A DNA stretch of 64,000 nucleotides from a bacterium (GCA_027487075.1 JAIYEG010000006.1:4468-68467); one strand, 5' to 3'; numbered from the stretch's first letter, positions 8,715-17,212 are shown. The notes: generated by a model from the sequence alone, not told the origin. Numbers and translations are program-made.

Positions 8715-9785
8715 ATGAACGATTACAACTTTATCGCTCGCCACTTTCCCGCACCAGACGTACTCGATGTGCCGTATGTTGGTATCGACGTGTCTCCATC
8801 CGCTGTGCGTCTCATGGAAATCATCGATGTGCCATCACGCAAAGTTGGTGTGTATGCCGAAGCTCCGCTCTCGACACCGTTTCTCATCACAGAAGGCGAC
8901 AATAAAGAAGTAAAAGATATTCTCAAAAAGTGGAAAAAAGATTTTAAACTCCAATACATCAAAGCTTCTATTCCTGAAGAAAAAGCGTACTTGTTTGATA
9001 CCGAAATAGAATTTGGAGATGAAGAAAAAATGCGCACTGCTATCGAATTTTCTCTCGAAGAGCACGTTCCTCTCAAGGGTTCTGAGGTGATTTTCGATTA
9101 TCGTCTTGTGGGGGAGAGTCCTAAAAAAGGGTTTATTAATGTTGCGGTGACGGTGCTTCCTAGTGAAGTAGTGTATCGCTACGCTGATCTTTTTGAGGAG
9201 TGCGAGCTTACCCCGATCTCATTTCTTATCGAAGCCCAAGCGGTGTCACGCGCGCTCATTAGGCGAGGAGATAAAGGAACGTATCTTATTGTGAACATTC
9301 GTCACACTCGCACAGGCGTGTTTATTGTAAGTAATGGGGCGGTGCAGTTTACCTCGACACTTCAACTTGGTTCATATGATTTTACGAAGAGTATTATGGC
9401 TAAGTTGGGAGTAAACGATGAAGATGCAAAACAAAAGAAACATACGCTTGGTTTTGTAAAGTCGAAGGAAAATGATGTGCTTGATGCAATGCTTCCAACC
9501 GCACTCGAATTTAAAAAAGAAATTGAGAAGGTGTATATCTACTGGAGTAAGCACAAAAGTGCAACAGGTGAGGCAACACCGATTCAAAAAGTAATTGTGT
9601 CAGGAAGTGAGGCAATTACCCCAGGATTTAAAGAGTTTGCGAGTCAAATGCTGAAAGTGGAAGTTGAGATAGCGAATGTATGGAACAATCTCGCTTCGTT
9701 TGATGAATATGTCCCACCGCTTCCCTTAGCACAAGCACTTAATTTTGGAGCTGCTATCGGGCTCGCCCTTCCAGAAAAAGAATAA
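8715..9785 (+). CDS. pilM: type IV pilus assembly ATPase-fold protein PilM-like
   Basis: Actin-like fold, VGIDVSPSAVRLMEI N-terminus; followed by PilN- and PilO-like genes. Confidence 0.65.
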   Translation: MNDYNFIARHFPAPDVLDVPYVGIDVSPSAVRLMEIIDVPSRKVGVYAEAPLSTPFLITEGDNKEVKDILKKWKKDFKLQYIKASIPEEKAYLFDTEIEFGDEEKMRTAIEFSLEEHVPLKGSEVIFDYRLVGESPKKGFINVAVTVLPSEVVYRYADLFEECELTPISFLIEAQAVSRALIRRGDKGTYLIVNIRHTRTGVFIVSNGAVQFTSTLQLGSYDFTKSIMAKLGVNDEDAKQKKHTLGFVKSKENDVLDAMLPTALEFKKEIEKVYIYWSKHKSATGEATPIQKVIVSGSEAITPGFKEFASQMLKVEVEIANVWNNLASFDEYVPPLPLAQALNFGAAIGLALPEKE

Positions 9786-9786
9786 T

Positions 9787-10320
9787 ATGCTCAACCTTCT
9801 ACCAGAACAAGCAAAAAAAAGATTTATTCTCGCCTATCGCTTTAAGTTTGCCATTATGTGTGCGGTATTTCTTTGTATGCTTCTCATCTCTGCCGTGGTA
9901 GGTTTGCTGCCTTCGTACCTCAATATGCGAGTGCAGGCAGAACGCAATCGAGAGCAGGCTGAACAGAAAAAGCAGACCAGTGGACCAAGTATTGAACAAG
10001 CTGAAGCTCGTGTGGGGGCAAATAAAGTACTCGCACAGTATCTTGTGGATCGAGTCAGTGTACTTGAGAAGGCTCCCACACTTTCGCTTCTTACCAAGAC
10101 AATCTTTGACGTGGCGGGGTCAGCTGTTGTTATTGAGGGGATAGAACTCACGGGTACCATTCTGACGATACGAGGAGAAGCGGCAACACGAGAAGAACTT
10201 ATTTCGTTCCACCAGCGACTCAAGAAGCAACAATACTTTGAGACAGCACTTCTTCCTATATCCGATCTTGCACAGAGTATTAAGCCACGCTTTAGTATTC
10301 AAATCGTTTTACCACAATGA
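9787..10320 (+). CDS. pilN: PilN-like pilus assembly protein
   Basis: MLNLLPEQAKKRF start, single TM helix and coiled-coil; start trimmed from the ORF track to the ATG after the pilM stop. Confidence 0.6.
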   Translation: MLNLLPEQAKKRFILAYRFKFAIMCAVFLCMLLISAVVGLLPSYLNMRVQAERNREQAEQKKQTSGPSIEQAEARVGANKVLAQYLVDRVSVLEKAPTLSLLTKTIFDVAGSAVVIEGIELTGTILTIRGEAATREELISFHQRLKKQQYFETALLPISDLAQSIKPRFSIQIVLPQ

Positions 10321-10841
10321 AGAAAAATATACCCTTTTACATCACTACACTCACTATCCTTACGGTGGTTGCCGGCGTGCTTTTTTATGGATATATGTAT
10401 TTTTATACTGAGCTTACGGCAATCAGTAATGAGCAAAATGTACAGCAGACAAAAGCACAAAGCGCTGAGGCAATTCTTGCCCGTGAAAATGAGTATGCAA
10501 AAAAACTCGCAGGTTACTTTGTAAAAGAAGGTGATGAAGCAAGCTTCTTGGGTAAGGTTGAACGTTATTGTAATCAGATTGATCTCGCATGTTCAATACA
10601 ATCTCTCGATGAGACCGCCGAAGAATCAGGACGTACAAAGTTATTACATGTCTCCATTGCTGCTGATGGTTCACTCGAAAAACAAAATGAGCTTATTTCA
10701 CACCTCGAATCTTTTGAATATCCTCTTACCATCACCGAGGTATCAATAAATAGCATCAAAACCATCACCGCAAGCTCGACAACTCAAACATGGAAGGGAG
10801 CTTATAGTGTTAACGCCCCCGTTCTTATCGGTCAACAATAA
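10317..10841 (+). CDS. pilO: PilO-like pilus assembly protein
   Basis: N-terminal TM helix, coiled coil, 4-nt overlap with upstream gene. Confidence 0.5.
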   Translation: MKKNIPFYITTLTILTVVAGVLFYGYMYFYTELTAISNEQNVQQTKAQSAEAILARENEYAKKLAGYFVKEGDEASFLGKVERYCNQIDLACSIQSLDETAEESGRTKLLHVSIAADGSLEKQNELISHLESFEYPLTITEVSINSIKTITASSTTQTWKGAYSVNAPVLIGQQ

Positions 10842-10846
10842 ATTAT

Positions 10847-11113
10847 ATGAATATCAACCTTTCGCTTTTCAAGAAAAAGAAAAATACCATTCCCACCCAT
10901 TTATCGTGGAACCCCATTCATCCACGTCGTGATTGGCACCTCCTCCTTGGAGTGTCCACGATCATTTTTCTTGCCATTGTTGCATGGAGCGCCTATCTGT
11001 TTGTGACCATACAGGCGACCGAAAAACTACAGACGGAAGCTCAGCCGACTCAACAAGATGAGGTAGGAAACAAACTCAAGACCATTGAGGCGCACTTCGA
11101 GAAGCGTAGCTAA
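10847..11113 (+). CDS. small membrane protein (pilus-module associated, unassigned)
   Basis: 88 aa, one TM helix, co-directional with pilMNO. Confidence 0.45.
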   Translation: MNINLSLFKKKKNTIPTHLSWNPIHPRRDWHLLLGVSTIIFLAIVAWSAYLFVTIQATEKLQTEAQPTQQDEVGNKLKTIEAHFEKRS

Positions 11114-11149
11114 GTGTGTTAGTATGCCCGTGTAGACACTGTCTACCAT

Positions 11150-11221
11150 GCCCCTGTAGTTCAATGGATAGAACTGCGGACTTCTAAGCCGTCAATCTAG
11201 GTTCGATTCCTAGCGGGGGCA
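11150..11221 (+). tRNA. tRNA-Arg (anticodon TCT)
   Basis: GCCCCTGTAGTTCAATGGATAGAACTGCGGACTTCTAAGCCGTCAATCTAGGTTCGATTCCTAGCGGGGGCA; loop CTTCTAA. Confidence 0.8.
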
Positions 11222-11373
11222 CAAGCCAAGAAATCCAAACCGCTTTGGATTTCGCTGGACTTGTGCCGGCCGGAGCGCGACGGCGCGAGGTGGGGTCGCG
11301 GACATTTTTAGTAAAAAATGATCCGTGACCACAAGTTAAATCTTCAAACAGGGTACTGATCCTGTAAGGATCG
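11222..11373. repeat. composite structured repeat, copy F: tRNA-3' hairpin, GCGCGACGGCGCGAG core, A/T hairpin and UGUAA-loop hairpin
   Basis: GGCACAAGCC...GGACTTGTGCC hairpin; GGAGCGCGACGGCGCGAGG; ACATTTTTAGTAAAAAATGA; CAAACAGGGTACTGATCCTGTAAGGATCG. Confidence 0.75.
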
Positions 11374-11426
11374 ATATATTGATAAAAAACATCTTTTACG
11401 CTACAGTGAGTCGGTCAGTCTAAGAA

Positions 11427-11499
11427 GGGCGATTAGCTCAGTTGGTAGAGCAACCCGTTTACACCGGGAAGGTCATAGGTTCGAGTCCTGTATCGCCCA
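11427..11499 (+). tRNA. tRNA-Val (anticodon TAC)
   Basis: GGGCGATTAGCTCAGTTGGTAGAGCAACCCGTTTACACCGGGAAGGTCATAGGTTCGAGTCCTGTATCGCCCA. Confidence 0.85.
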
Positions 11500-11605
11500 C
11501 AAATGAACAGCGAGAGCGTGGAATTTTTTTTCAAACGAAGAAGAGAATTTTTATGAAATTCAAGAAGAATGTCGCAGATTTTATACCGAGCTGACAGAAT
11601 CGTTT

Positions 11606-12226
11606 TTGGAGGATCCGCAACATCTTGTTGGTTCGGGTAACATTGCCGAAGTTCACTTTCACCCGGCAAACCCACGATTCTGTATAAAAATTATCTCAAA
11701 TCAAACGATAGTAAAGGGAGTAGATCAAAACTACTGCTCTTTGGCTGAGGAAGCTCGATTTTTAAATGATGCCGCAAGAGTAAAAGGTCCCGCACGTGTA
11801 CCTCGACCGTATCTTTCGGTGGTGTTGAAACAGGAAGATACCACACTTGATCCTGATGATGTTGGTCTTCAAATATTGATAATGGAAAGATTGGATGCTG
11901 TTTCAATTAAAGACGTGCTTGAAGGTATAGAAGATATCCCTGAGGGTTTTGATGTGGATGCTTATTTCGAAAATTTAAGAACGTACATTGAGAAAGTTCA
12001 GAATGAAGCACGCATCTACCACCGGGATCTTCATGCAGGAAATATCATGGTAGGTAAAAATAACACGGCTTTTGTGATTGATTTTGGTTCAGCTATTAAA
12101 GCCTCAAGTGAAGAAGATTCATGGCCTACAAATGTGTACGGTGAAAGAAAGAAAATCCCTTCAGATGTTGCAAAGCTTAACTCGACTGAAAAAGAGTTAA
12201 GAAAAATGCTTGGTTTGACCAGATAA
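11606..12226 (+). CDS. small protein-kinase-like domain protein (RIO/Kdo-kinase-like), apparent TTG start
   Basis: Gly-rich loop GSGNIAEV; catalytic loop IYHRDLHAGNIMV; VIDFGSA (DFG) motif. Confidence 0.6.
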   Translation: MEDPQHLVGSGNIAEVHFHPANPRFCIKIISNQTIVKGVDQNYCSLAEEARFLNDAARVKGPARVPRPYLSVVLKQEDTTLDPDDVGLQILIMERLDAVSIKDVLEGIEDIPEGFDVDAYFENLRTYIEKVQNEARIYHRDLHAGNIMVGKNNTAFVIDFGSAIKASSEEDSWPTNVYGERKKIPSDVAKLNSTEKELRKMLGLTR

Positions 12227-12251
12227 GAGGGAAAAGGTATTCTGTTTTCAT

Positions 12252-12488
12252 ATGGAAACTCGTCACGCAGGTTCTTTTGAGTTCTCCGATGACTTTACGC
12301 ATAAATTGCAGACTGCTGCGGAAGAAATGTCTTCGAAGGGTCTGGATGAATTCCAGCTTTCGACTGATGAAGGTCAGTTGTTGCTTGTGCGAATAGATTC
12401 GGAGGCTTATTTTCACAGAAAAGCCAATCCCATGATGGCTCCTTTTCAAGATGCCGAGGGAAACAACTTCATCATTTTTTACGAATAA
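12252..12488 (+). CDS. small hypothetical protein, 78 aa
   Basis: Co-directional with the kinase-like gene, followed by a strong terminator. Confidence 0.45.
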   Translation: METRHAGSFEFSDDFTHKLQTAAEEMSSKGLDEFQLSTDEGQLLLVRIDSEAYFHRKANPMMAPFQDAEGNNFIIFYE

Positions 12489-12497
12489 AGTGAAGTC

Positions 12498-12531
12498 AAT
12501 CAGTCGCTCCCCAAGGGGCGACTGATTTTTG
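12498..12531 (+). terminator. Rho-independent terminator
   Basis: AATCAGTCGCTCCCCAAGGGGCGACTGATTTTT. Confidence 0.75.
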
Positions 12532-12540
12532 CAAAGTAAA

Positions 12541-12576
12541 ACCACTGGTTCGCTGGGGGGCCAGCGAACCAGTGGT
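12541..12576. other. perfect 16-bp hairpin (second tandem stem-loop)
   Basis: ACCACTGGTTCGCTGG-GGGG-CCAGCGAACCAGTGGT. Confidence 0.7.
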
Positions 12577-12899
12577 CAATTGGTGCGGGGAGGTCTCTAG
12601 AAGAGCTTATTCATGTATCGCCGCCCGCCGCCGTCGGGGTCGCGGGTTGGGACGTAGGAATGAGCTCAAGCTTAGAAGATCTTGACCAGGGAGTCTTTGG
12701 TCTCGATTTCCTTCGGGGATTGCTCGGGTAGCGCAAAGTCCGAGTCCGGCTAATACACTTGTTTCCAGTGGCTGCTGTTGCTGCTGCTTTCTCATACGAT
12801 TTCTATTGCTTGTTTACTGCGGGCGAATTTGCCCACTACCACACATTGTGATAGATTCGATGTCAAATCTATCATGCGACATTTTATCAATCAACTTTT

Positions 12900-13637
12900 A
12901 TGAATATTCCTCTCCTCTTCGAATCATCTGACATCATCGCTATCAACAAGCCTGCTGGCTTGGTTGTTCACAGTGACGGACGAACTGACGAGAAGACTTT
13001 GGTGGATTGGATTATGAAGCACTATCCTCATGCTGTTGATGTCGGAGAACCCATTACGCTTACCGATGGTGGCATAATTCATCGCCCTGGCATTGTGCAT
13101 CGTCTCGATCGCGACACTTCTGGAGTAATGCTTATCGCACTCACTCAGGCTGGTTTCAATCATCTCAAGCTCCAGTTTCAGGATCGTGTGACGGACAAGA
13201 AGTACCATGCGTTTGTGTACGGCATCATGAAAGAAGATGATGGAGTGATCGATCGTCCTATCACGCGCTCACGCAAAGACTTCCGTTTGTGGTCGGCACA
13301 ACGTGGCGGGCGAGGGGAAGGGCGTGATGCGGTGACACATTATAAGGTGCTGGCTCGTCATGAGGCGAAAAGTGGTCTAGCTATCGATGGAATCACCCTC
13401 ATCGAGGCTTCTCCTAAAACCGGCCGTACCCACCAAATCCGTGTACACATGAAGGCCATTAACCACCCTGTAGTAGCAGACCCGCTCTATGCGCCCAAGA
13501 AAAAGCCTGTTCTTGGCTTCAAGCGACTTGCCCTCCATGCCCGCGAAATCACCTTTGAAGACCTTGAAGGCACCCCCGTAACCGTCCAAGCACCCTATCC
13601 AGACGACTTTGAAGTTGCTCTTTCTCGCATCGTATGA
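12900..13637 (+). CDS. RluA-family pseudouridine synthase
   Basis: HRLDRDTSGVMLIA catalytic motif. Confidence 0.85.
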   Translation: MNIPLLFESSDIIAINKPAGLVVHSDGRTDEKTLVDWIMKHYPHAVDVGEPITLTDGGIIHRPGIVHRLDRDTSGVMLIALTQAGFNHLKLQFQDRVTDKKYHAFVYGIMKEDDGVIDRPITRSRKDFRLWSAQRGGRGEGRDAVTHYKVLARHEAKSGLAIDGITLIEASPKTGRTHQIRVHMKAINHPVVADPLYAPKKKPVLGFKRLALHAREITFEDLEGTPVTVQAPYPDDFEVALSRIV

Positions 13638-13665
13638 TAGAGTCGGTTCTACCTAATTCATATAT

Positions 13666-14091
13666 ATGGCGGCAAAACCAAAGAAAGAAGAACACGTAAA
13701 AGCAATCAAACTCAACGAAATTAACCTCGATGAGCGTAAAGCGCTTGCATTCCGTTCAGGTGACACCGTAAAAGTGCACCAGATTATTCACGAAAAAGGC
13801 AAAGTTCGCCTTCAGGTATTCGAAGGACTTGTACTTGCTCGTAAGCATGGCACCGAAGCGGGAGCTACCTTCACTGTACGTAAGGTGACCGAAAGCGTAG
13901 GAGTAGAACGTATCTTCCCCCTCTACTCTCCCATGATCGACAAGATCGAAGTCGTACGTAGCGCAAAAGTACGTCGCTCAAAGCTCTACTACATCCGTGA
14001 TAAAGCTGCTAAGGAAATCAGCCGTCAGATGCGCAACATCAAGGTTGCCAAAGCTCCTGTTGCTGCCACCGAAGAAGTAGCCGCTGAATAA
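13666..14091 (+). CDS. rplS: 50S ribosomal protein L19
   Basis: FRSGDTVKVHQIIHEKGKVRLQVFEGLVLARKHG. Confidence 0.9.
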   Translation: MAAKPKKEEHVKAIKLNEINLDERKALAFRSGDTVKVHQIIHEKGKVRLQVFEGLVLARKHGTEAGATFTVRKVTESVGVERIFPLYSPMIDKIEVVRSAKVRRSKLYYIRDKAAKEISRQMRNIKVAKAPVAATEEVAAE

Positions 14092-14096
14092 CATCT

Positions 14097-14546
14097 ATGA
14101 AGGACTTTCTGCTTCTCGCAGGACTTCTTCTCGCTCTCATCCTTGGTCTTATCATTCTCAATAAAAACTCGTATCGAGGAGTTGATACGGTCTTTCCTCG
14201 TCCCATTGAAGAAGTAGAAAACTCTCGTGATGATAAAACAATCGTCCTTAAGCTCCGAGAGCAAGTGACGTTTAATGATGTGATAATCGAACCGTGGGCA
14301 GTCACTGAAGATAGTCGATGTCCTCAAGATGTACAGTGTATCCAAGCGGGGCGGGTCAAGGTAGCGATTAATGTGCTGGATAAGAACAGCATATTCGTTC
14401 GCACTGCCGAGCTTGAACTTGGTGTGCCCCTCACCGTGAATGATGTCACCATCATTCTTACAAAAGTCACCCCCAATCCCATTTCAACCGCAAAAATTAT
14501 CGACGATCAATACCGATTCACCTTTGATTTCGTTGCGGTGAAATAA
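14097..14546 (+). CDS. hypothetical secreted/membrane-anchored protein
   Basis: N-terminal hydrophobic helix, no recognisable motif. Confidence 0.5.
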   Translation: MKDFLLLAGLLLALILGLIILNKNSYRGVDTVFPRPIEEVENSRDDKTIVLKLREQVTFNDVIIEPWAVTEDSRCPQDVQCIQAGRVKVAINVLDKNSIFVRTAELELGVPLTVNDVTIILTKVTPNPISTAKIIDDQYRFTFDFVAVK

Positions 14547-14587
14547 GTTGAATTTAAAAGAAGTTTAGCCTATACTGGCTTCCACAT

Positions 14588-14671
14588 GCGCAGGTGTTGA
14601 AACTGGTAGACAAGCACCCTTGAGGTGGGTGTGCCTTAACCGGCGTGGAGGTTCAAGTCCTCTCCTGCGCA
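14588..14671 (+). tRNA. tRNA-Leu (anticodon GAG)
   Basis: GCGCAGGTGTTGAAACTGGTAGACAAGCACCCTTGAGGTGGGTGTGCCTTAACCGGCGTGGAGGTTCAAGTCCTCTCCTGCGCA; long variable arm. Confidence 0.85.
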
Positions 14672-14715
14672 CAAACAAAAGAAATCCCGCAAGGGATTTT
14701 TTTGTTTGTGCGCAG
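14665..14715 (+). terminator. nested terminator: ~17-bp outer stem reusing the tRNA-Leu 3' acceptor strand, with inner AAATCCC-GCAA-GGGATTT hairpin and U-tract
   Basis: CTGCGCACAAACAAAAG ... TTTTGTTTGTGCGCAG are exact reverse complements. Confidence 0.7.
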
Positions 14716-14793
14716 AGCAAGCACCAAGGTGCTTGCGTGAGAGGACTTGAAGCCTGTTTGAGCATGTTGTACGAGCGAAGCGAAGTAGAACAT

Positions 14794-14822
14794 CCAAACA
14801 GGGTACAGGTCCTGTAAGGACC
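14794..14822 (+). repeat. tRNA-downstream UGUAA-loop hairpin motif
   Basis: CCAAACAGGGTACAGGTCCTGTAAGGACC; same motif at 11346-11373 and 4725-4753 (minus strand). Confidence 0.7.
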
Positions 14823-14929
14823 AAGTCCTTTACATTGACTTATTAATTCAAGTATTGTATTTTCCCTTAAAAGTTCCTTGACTTTAGATTGTTGAGTTTG
14901 GAAGAAAGACCGTAATTGACCTGCAGACA

Positions 14930-15271
14930 TTGTGTCTAGCGGATTATGTGCTTTCACCCCAAACTCAACACATCATGCTAAGTATTGATTCAACCTCAGT
15001 TGCACCCTTTCGGGTCGGCGACCAAGTGGTCTGGAATGAACGATGGAACCCAGTATACATATCGAAATATAAAGCGATGTGGGGAGAGGGTCCCTTCGTC
15101 ATCGTTTCGGTTGTGCTCAAGAAGAACTCTTGCTCCTATGCGGTGAAGGTCAAAATGGGTCGATGGTATCTCTACGCACAAATGCCTAGGGATTGTCGTC
15201 CAGATATCCCTGTTGATCATTTGCGTGAGTGGCAACCAATCTATTTCGTCAAACATCAAGCGGACGAATGA
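14930..15271 (+). CDS. hypothetical protein
   Basis: 113 aa ORF; start may be the internal Met. Confidence 0.45.
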   Translation: MCLADYVLSPQTQHIMLSIDSTSVAPFRVGDQVVWNERWNPVYISKYKAMWGEGPFVIVSVVLKKNSCSYAVKVKMGRWYLYAQMPRDCRPDIPVDHLREWQPIYFVKHQADE

Positions 15272-15324
15272 TCACGCCTGTTCATGCTGCAAAGAGCGCT
15301 TCACCTTCGGGTGTTGCGCTTTTT

Positions 15325-15834
15325 TTATTTATTCACCATCACAAACCGAAACTCCTTCTCGCTCCACTTCGCACCCGCATATTCCACACCAATTCGTTTC
15401 GACGCACGTATCTTCGGTTTCACTCCCTTGTCCCTCGGCTCAAACCACAACCCCGTTTCAACTCCTGCTTTCTTCCCATTAAATTTCATATCAATCTCAA
15501 GCGCTCGCCCTACACGCCCCGGACCCTTCACTCCCTCAACTCCACGAATCAACACCGCAGCAGGGTACTCGGCTTTTTCAGTCACCACGTTCAACAAATA
15601 GTACATCCCATAAATCAAATACACATACAGTGTCCCAGGCTCTGCAAACATTACTTCAGTCCGCTTTGTTTGTCCTTTCGACGCATGCGACGCTAAGTCG
15701 TGCGGACCGATATATGCTTCGGTTTCGGTGATCAGGTAGCGTTTGGTGGTGCGTCCTATGTTTCTGACGATATAACAACCTATAAGTTCCTCAGCAACGC
15801 GCAATGTTTTCTTCGAAAAGTCAGGAGATTTCAT
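15325..15834 (-). CDS. DNA-3-methyladenine glycosylase (Mpg/AAG family)
   Basis: RYLITETEAYIGPHDLASHASKGQTKRTEVMF matches the Mpg family core. Confidence 0.8.
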   Translation of the reverse strand: MKSPDFSKKTLRVAEELIGCYIVRNIGRTTKRYLITETEAYIGPHDLASHASKGQTKRTEVMFAEPGTLYVYLIYGMYYLLNVVTEKAEYPAAVLIRGVEGVKGPGRVGRALEIDMKFNGKKAGVETGLWFEPRDKGVKPKIRASKRIGVEYAGAKWSEKEFRFVMVNK

Positions 15835-15867
15835 ATCACGCGCATTATATGCTATAAAGTCTGAACA

Positions 15868-15943
15868 TGGCGACTATGGTGTAACGGTTAACACTGGAGC
15901 TTGTGGAGCTCTCAATTCGGGTTCGATTCCCGATAGTCGCCCA
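15868..15943 (+). tRNA. tRNA-His (anticodon GTG) with G-1 and encoded CCA
   Basis: G-GCGACTATGGTGTAACGGTTAACACTGGAGCTTGTGGAGCTCTCAATTCGGGTTCGATTCCCGATAGTCGCCCA; extra 5' G is the tRNA-His hallmark. Confidence 0.85.
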
Positions 15944-15945
15944 AA

Positions 15946-16443
15946 ATGAAAAAGATTGCCGTCATAGGCTGTCCAGGCTCTGGTAAAACCACGTTAGTAA
16001 ATAAGATGGGTTCGATTCTTAATCTCCCTATATATCATCTCGACACCTACTATTGGCGAGAAGGGAGGAAAGAATGTTCTGAAGACGAATTTATGACGAT
16101 AATTGATGGTATCTTAAAAAAAGATACATGGATTATTGATGGAAACTTTATAAGAAATATCGAGTTTCGCGCACGCGCGGCAGATACTATTGTAGTGCTA
16201 GATTTTCCAAAAATAGTTGTTGTATGGAGAACAATTAAGCGGTACTTTCAATATTTTAATAAAGTAAGACCTGAAATGGGTGGGTATAATAAAGAAAAAC
16301 TTACATGGGGAAGTATGAAATTTATTTTAAATTTCCCGCGAGAACTCATGCTTAAAAAAGTGTATGACAATGCGCAGGGTAAAAATGTAGTAGTATTAAA
16401 AAACAGTTCAGACATTAAAAAATTTCTTAAAACACTATCATGA
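15946..16443 (+). CDS. P-loop NTPase, adenylate-kinase-like (FlaR / topology-modulation-protein-like)
   Basis: IAVIGCPGSGKTTL Walker A; low-GC gene starting 3 nt after tRNA-His. Confidence 0.6.
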   Translation: MKKIAVIGCPGSGKTTLVNKMGSILNLPIYHLDTYYWREGRKECSEDEFMTIIDGILKKDTWIIDGNFIRNIEFRARAADTIVVLDFPKIVVVWRTIKRYFQYFNKVRPEMGGYNKEKLTWGSMKFILNFPRELMLKKVYDNAQGKNVVVLKNSSDIKKFLKTLS

Positions 16444-16655
16444 CTGCAGAATCACATATCGACAATGTTGTAACAGTGGAACACGCACTCGCTCATATTG
16501 GATATGTTCGACAGAACATTGCACTTCTCGGACGAAATGATAATGAATTCGCTCGTCTCGACGAAATCCAGCAAAAGCTTGAAGCAGGGCAATGTACTCC
16601 GATAGAAGCAATTGATCTTGCAAATGAGGTAGAAGCAAGTAAGCAACAGCACTAA
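16440..16655 (+). CDS. small hypothetical protein, 71 aa
   Basis: ATGA start/stop overlap with upstream gene. Confidence 0.45.
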   Translation: MTAESHIDNVVTVEHALAHIGYVRQNIALLGRNDNEFARLDEIQQKLEAGQCTPIEAIDLANEVEASKQQH

Positions 16656-16657
16656 AG

Positions 16658-17212
16658 CTACGCAATCTTTGTAAACACCTCTTCAATCTCCTTGTAAAGC
16701 GCCTCAATATCTCCGTTATTGTTCAGCACAAAATCTGCTTGTGCGATGCAGGCATTGATATTTTGTTTATGAGGATCCGTTGAGCTTGATTCACGTTTAT
16801 CTTGTTCGACAAAGGTGTCGAATGAAATATTGTCGGTGACACTTCCACGGAGCACGATGCGCTCATAGCGGACAGGGAGGTCGGCGGTGACAGCAAGAAG
16901 ATGGAAGTGGCCGATCTTGCGCAATGCCTCGACCTCACCGAGGGTGCGGATTGACTCAATGATGCAATTTTCGCCACGTTCTTTTGCCTCCTTGTAGAGC
17001 GCTTCGATGATGTAGCTTGGAGAGTGCTCTTCACGAAGGCTGTTTGATACGATGGCCATAGAGTCGCGATCGACGGGAAGTCCACGTTTCTCAACTTCGC
17101 GCGTGATGAATGAGCGTGCAGAGTAGTGTGTGAAGCCTTTGATGGTTTTGAGATAGTCGACGACGGTGCCTTTACCTGCGCCGATGTGACCTGTAATCCC
17201 AATAATAATCAT
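16658..17212 (-). CDS. P-loop nucleoside/nucleotide kinase (dephospho-CoA-kinase-like)
   Basis: IIGITGHIGAGKGT Walker A. Confidence 0.55.
   Translation of the reverse strand: MIIIGITGHIGAGKGTVVDYLKTIKGFTHYSARSFITREVEKRGLPVDRDSMAIVSNSLREEHSPSYIIEALYKEAKERGENCIIESIRTLGEVEALRKIGHFHLLAVTADLPVRYERIVLRGSVTDNISFDTFVEQDKRESSSTDPHKQNINACIAQADFVLNNNGDIEALYKEIEEVFTKIA

Noticed and set aside
11553-11606. Possible alternative genetic code (UGA sense): short ATG ORF 11553-11594 ends in TGA just before the kinase-like gene
   Set aside because: The two ORFs are in different frames, and all long housekeeping genes translate cleanly with the standard bacterial code, so there is no evidence for UGA recoding.
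11433-11675. ORFs overlapping tRNA genes (11433-11675 minus; 14565-14957 minus; 14620-14817 plus; 14636-14824 minus; 7707-7949 minus)
   Set aside because: They overlap confidently folded tRNAs and their trailers, have no motifs, and are best explained as chance ORFs.
12590-12899. Possible RNase P RNA or SRP RNA in the 12590-12899 non-coding region (contains AAAGTCCG...GTCCGGCTA)
   Set aside because: The two RNase-P-like strings are adjacent rather than ~300 nt apart, and no GGAAAGUCCGGGCUCC P4 context or GNRA-capped SRP helix 8 (UCC-GNRA-GGA-AGCAG) is present. The region is retained only as unexplained non-coding sequence.
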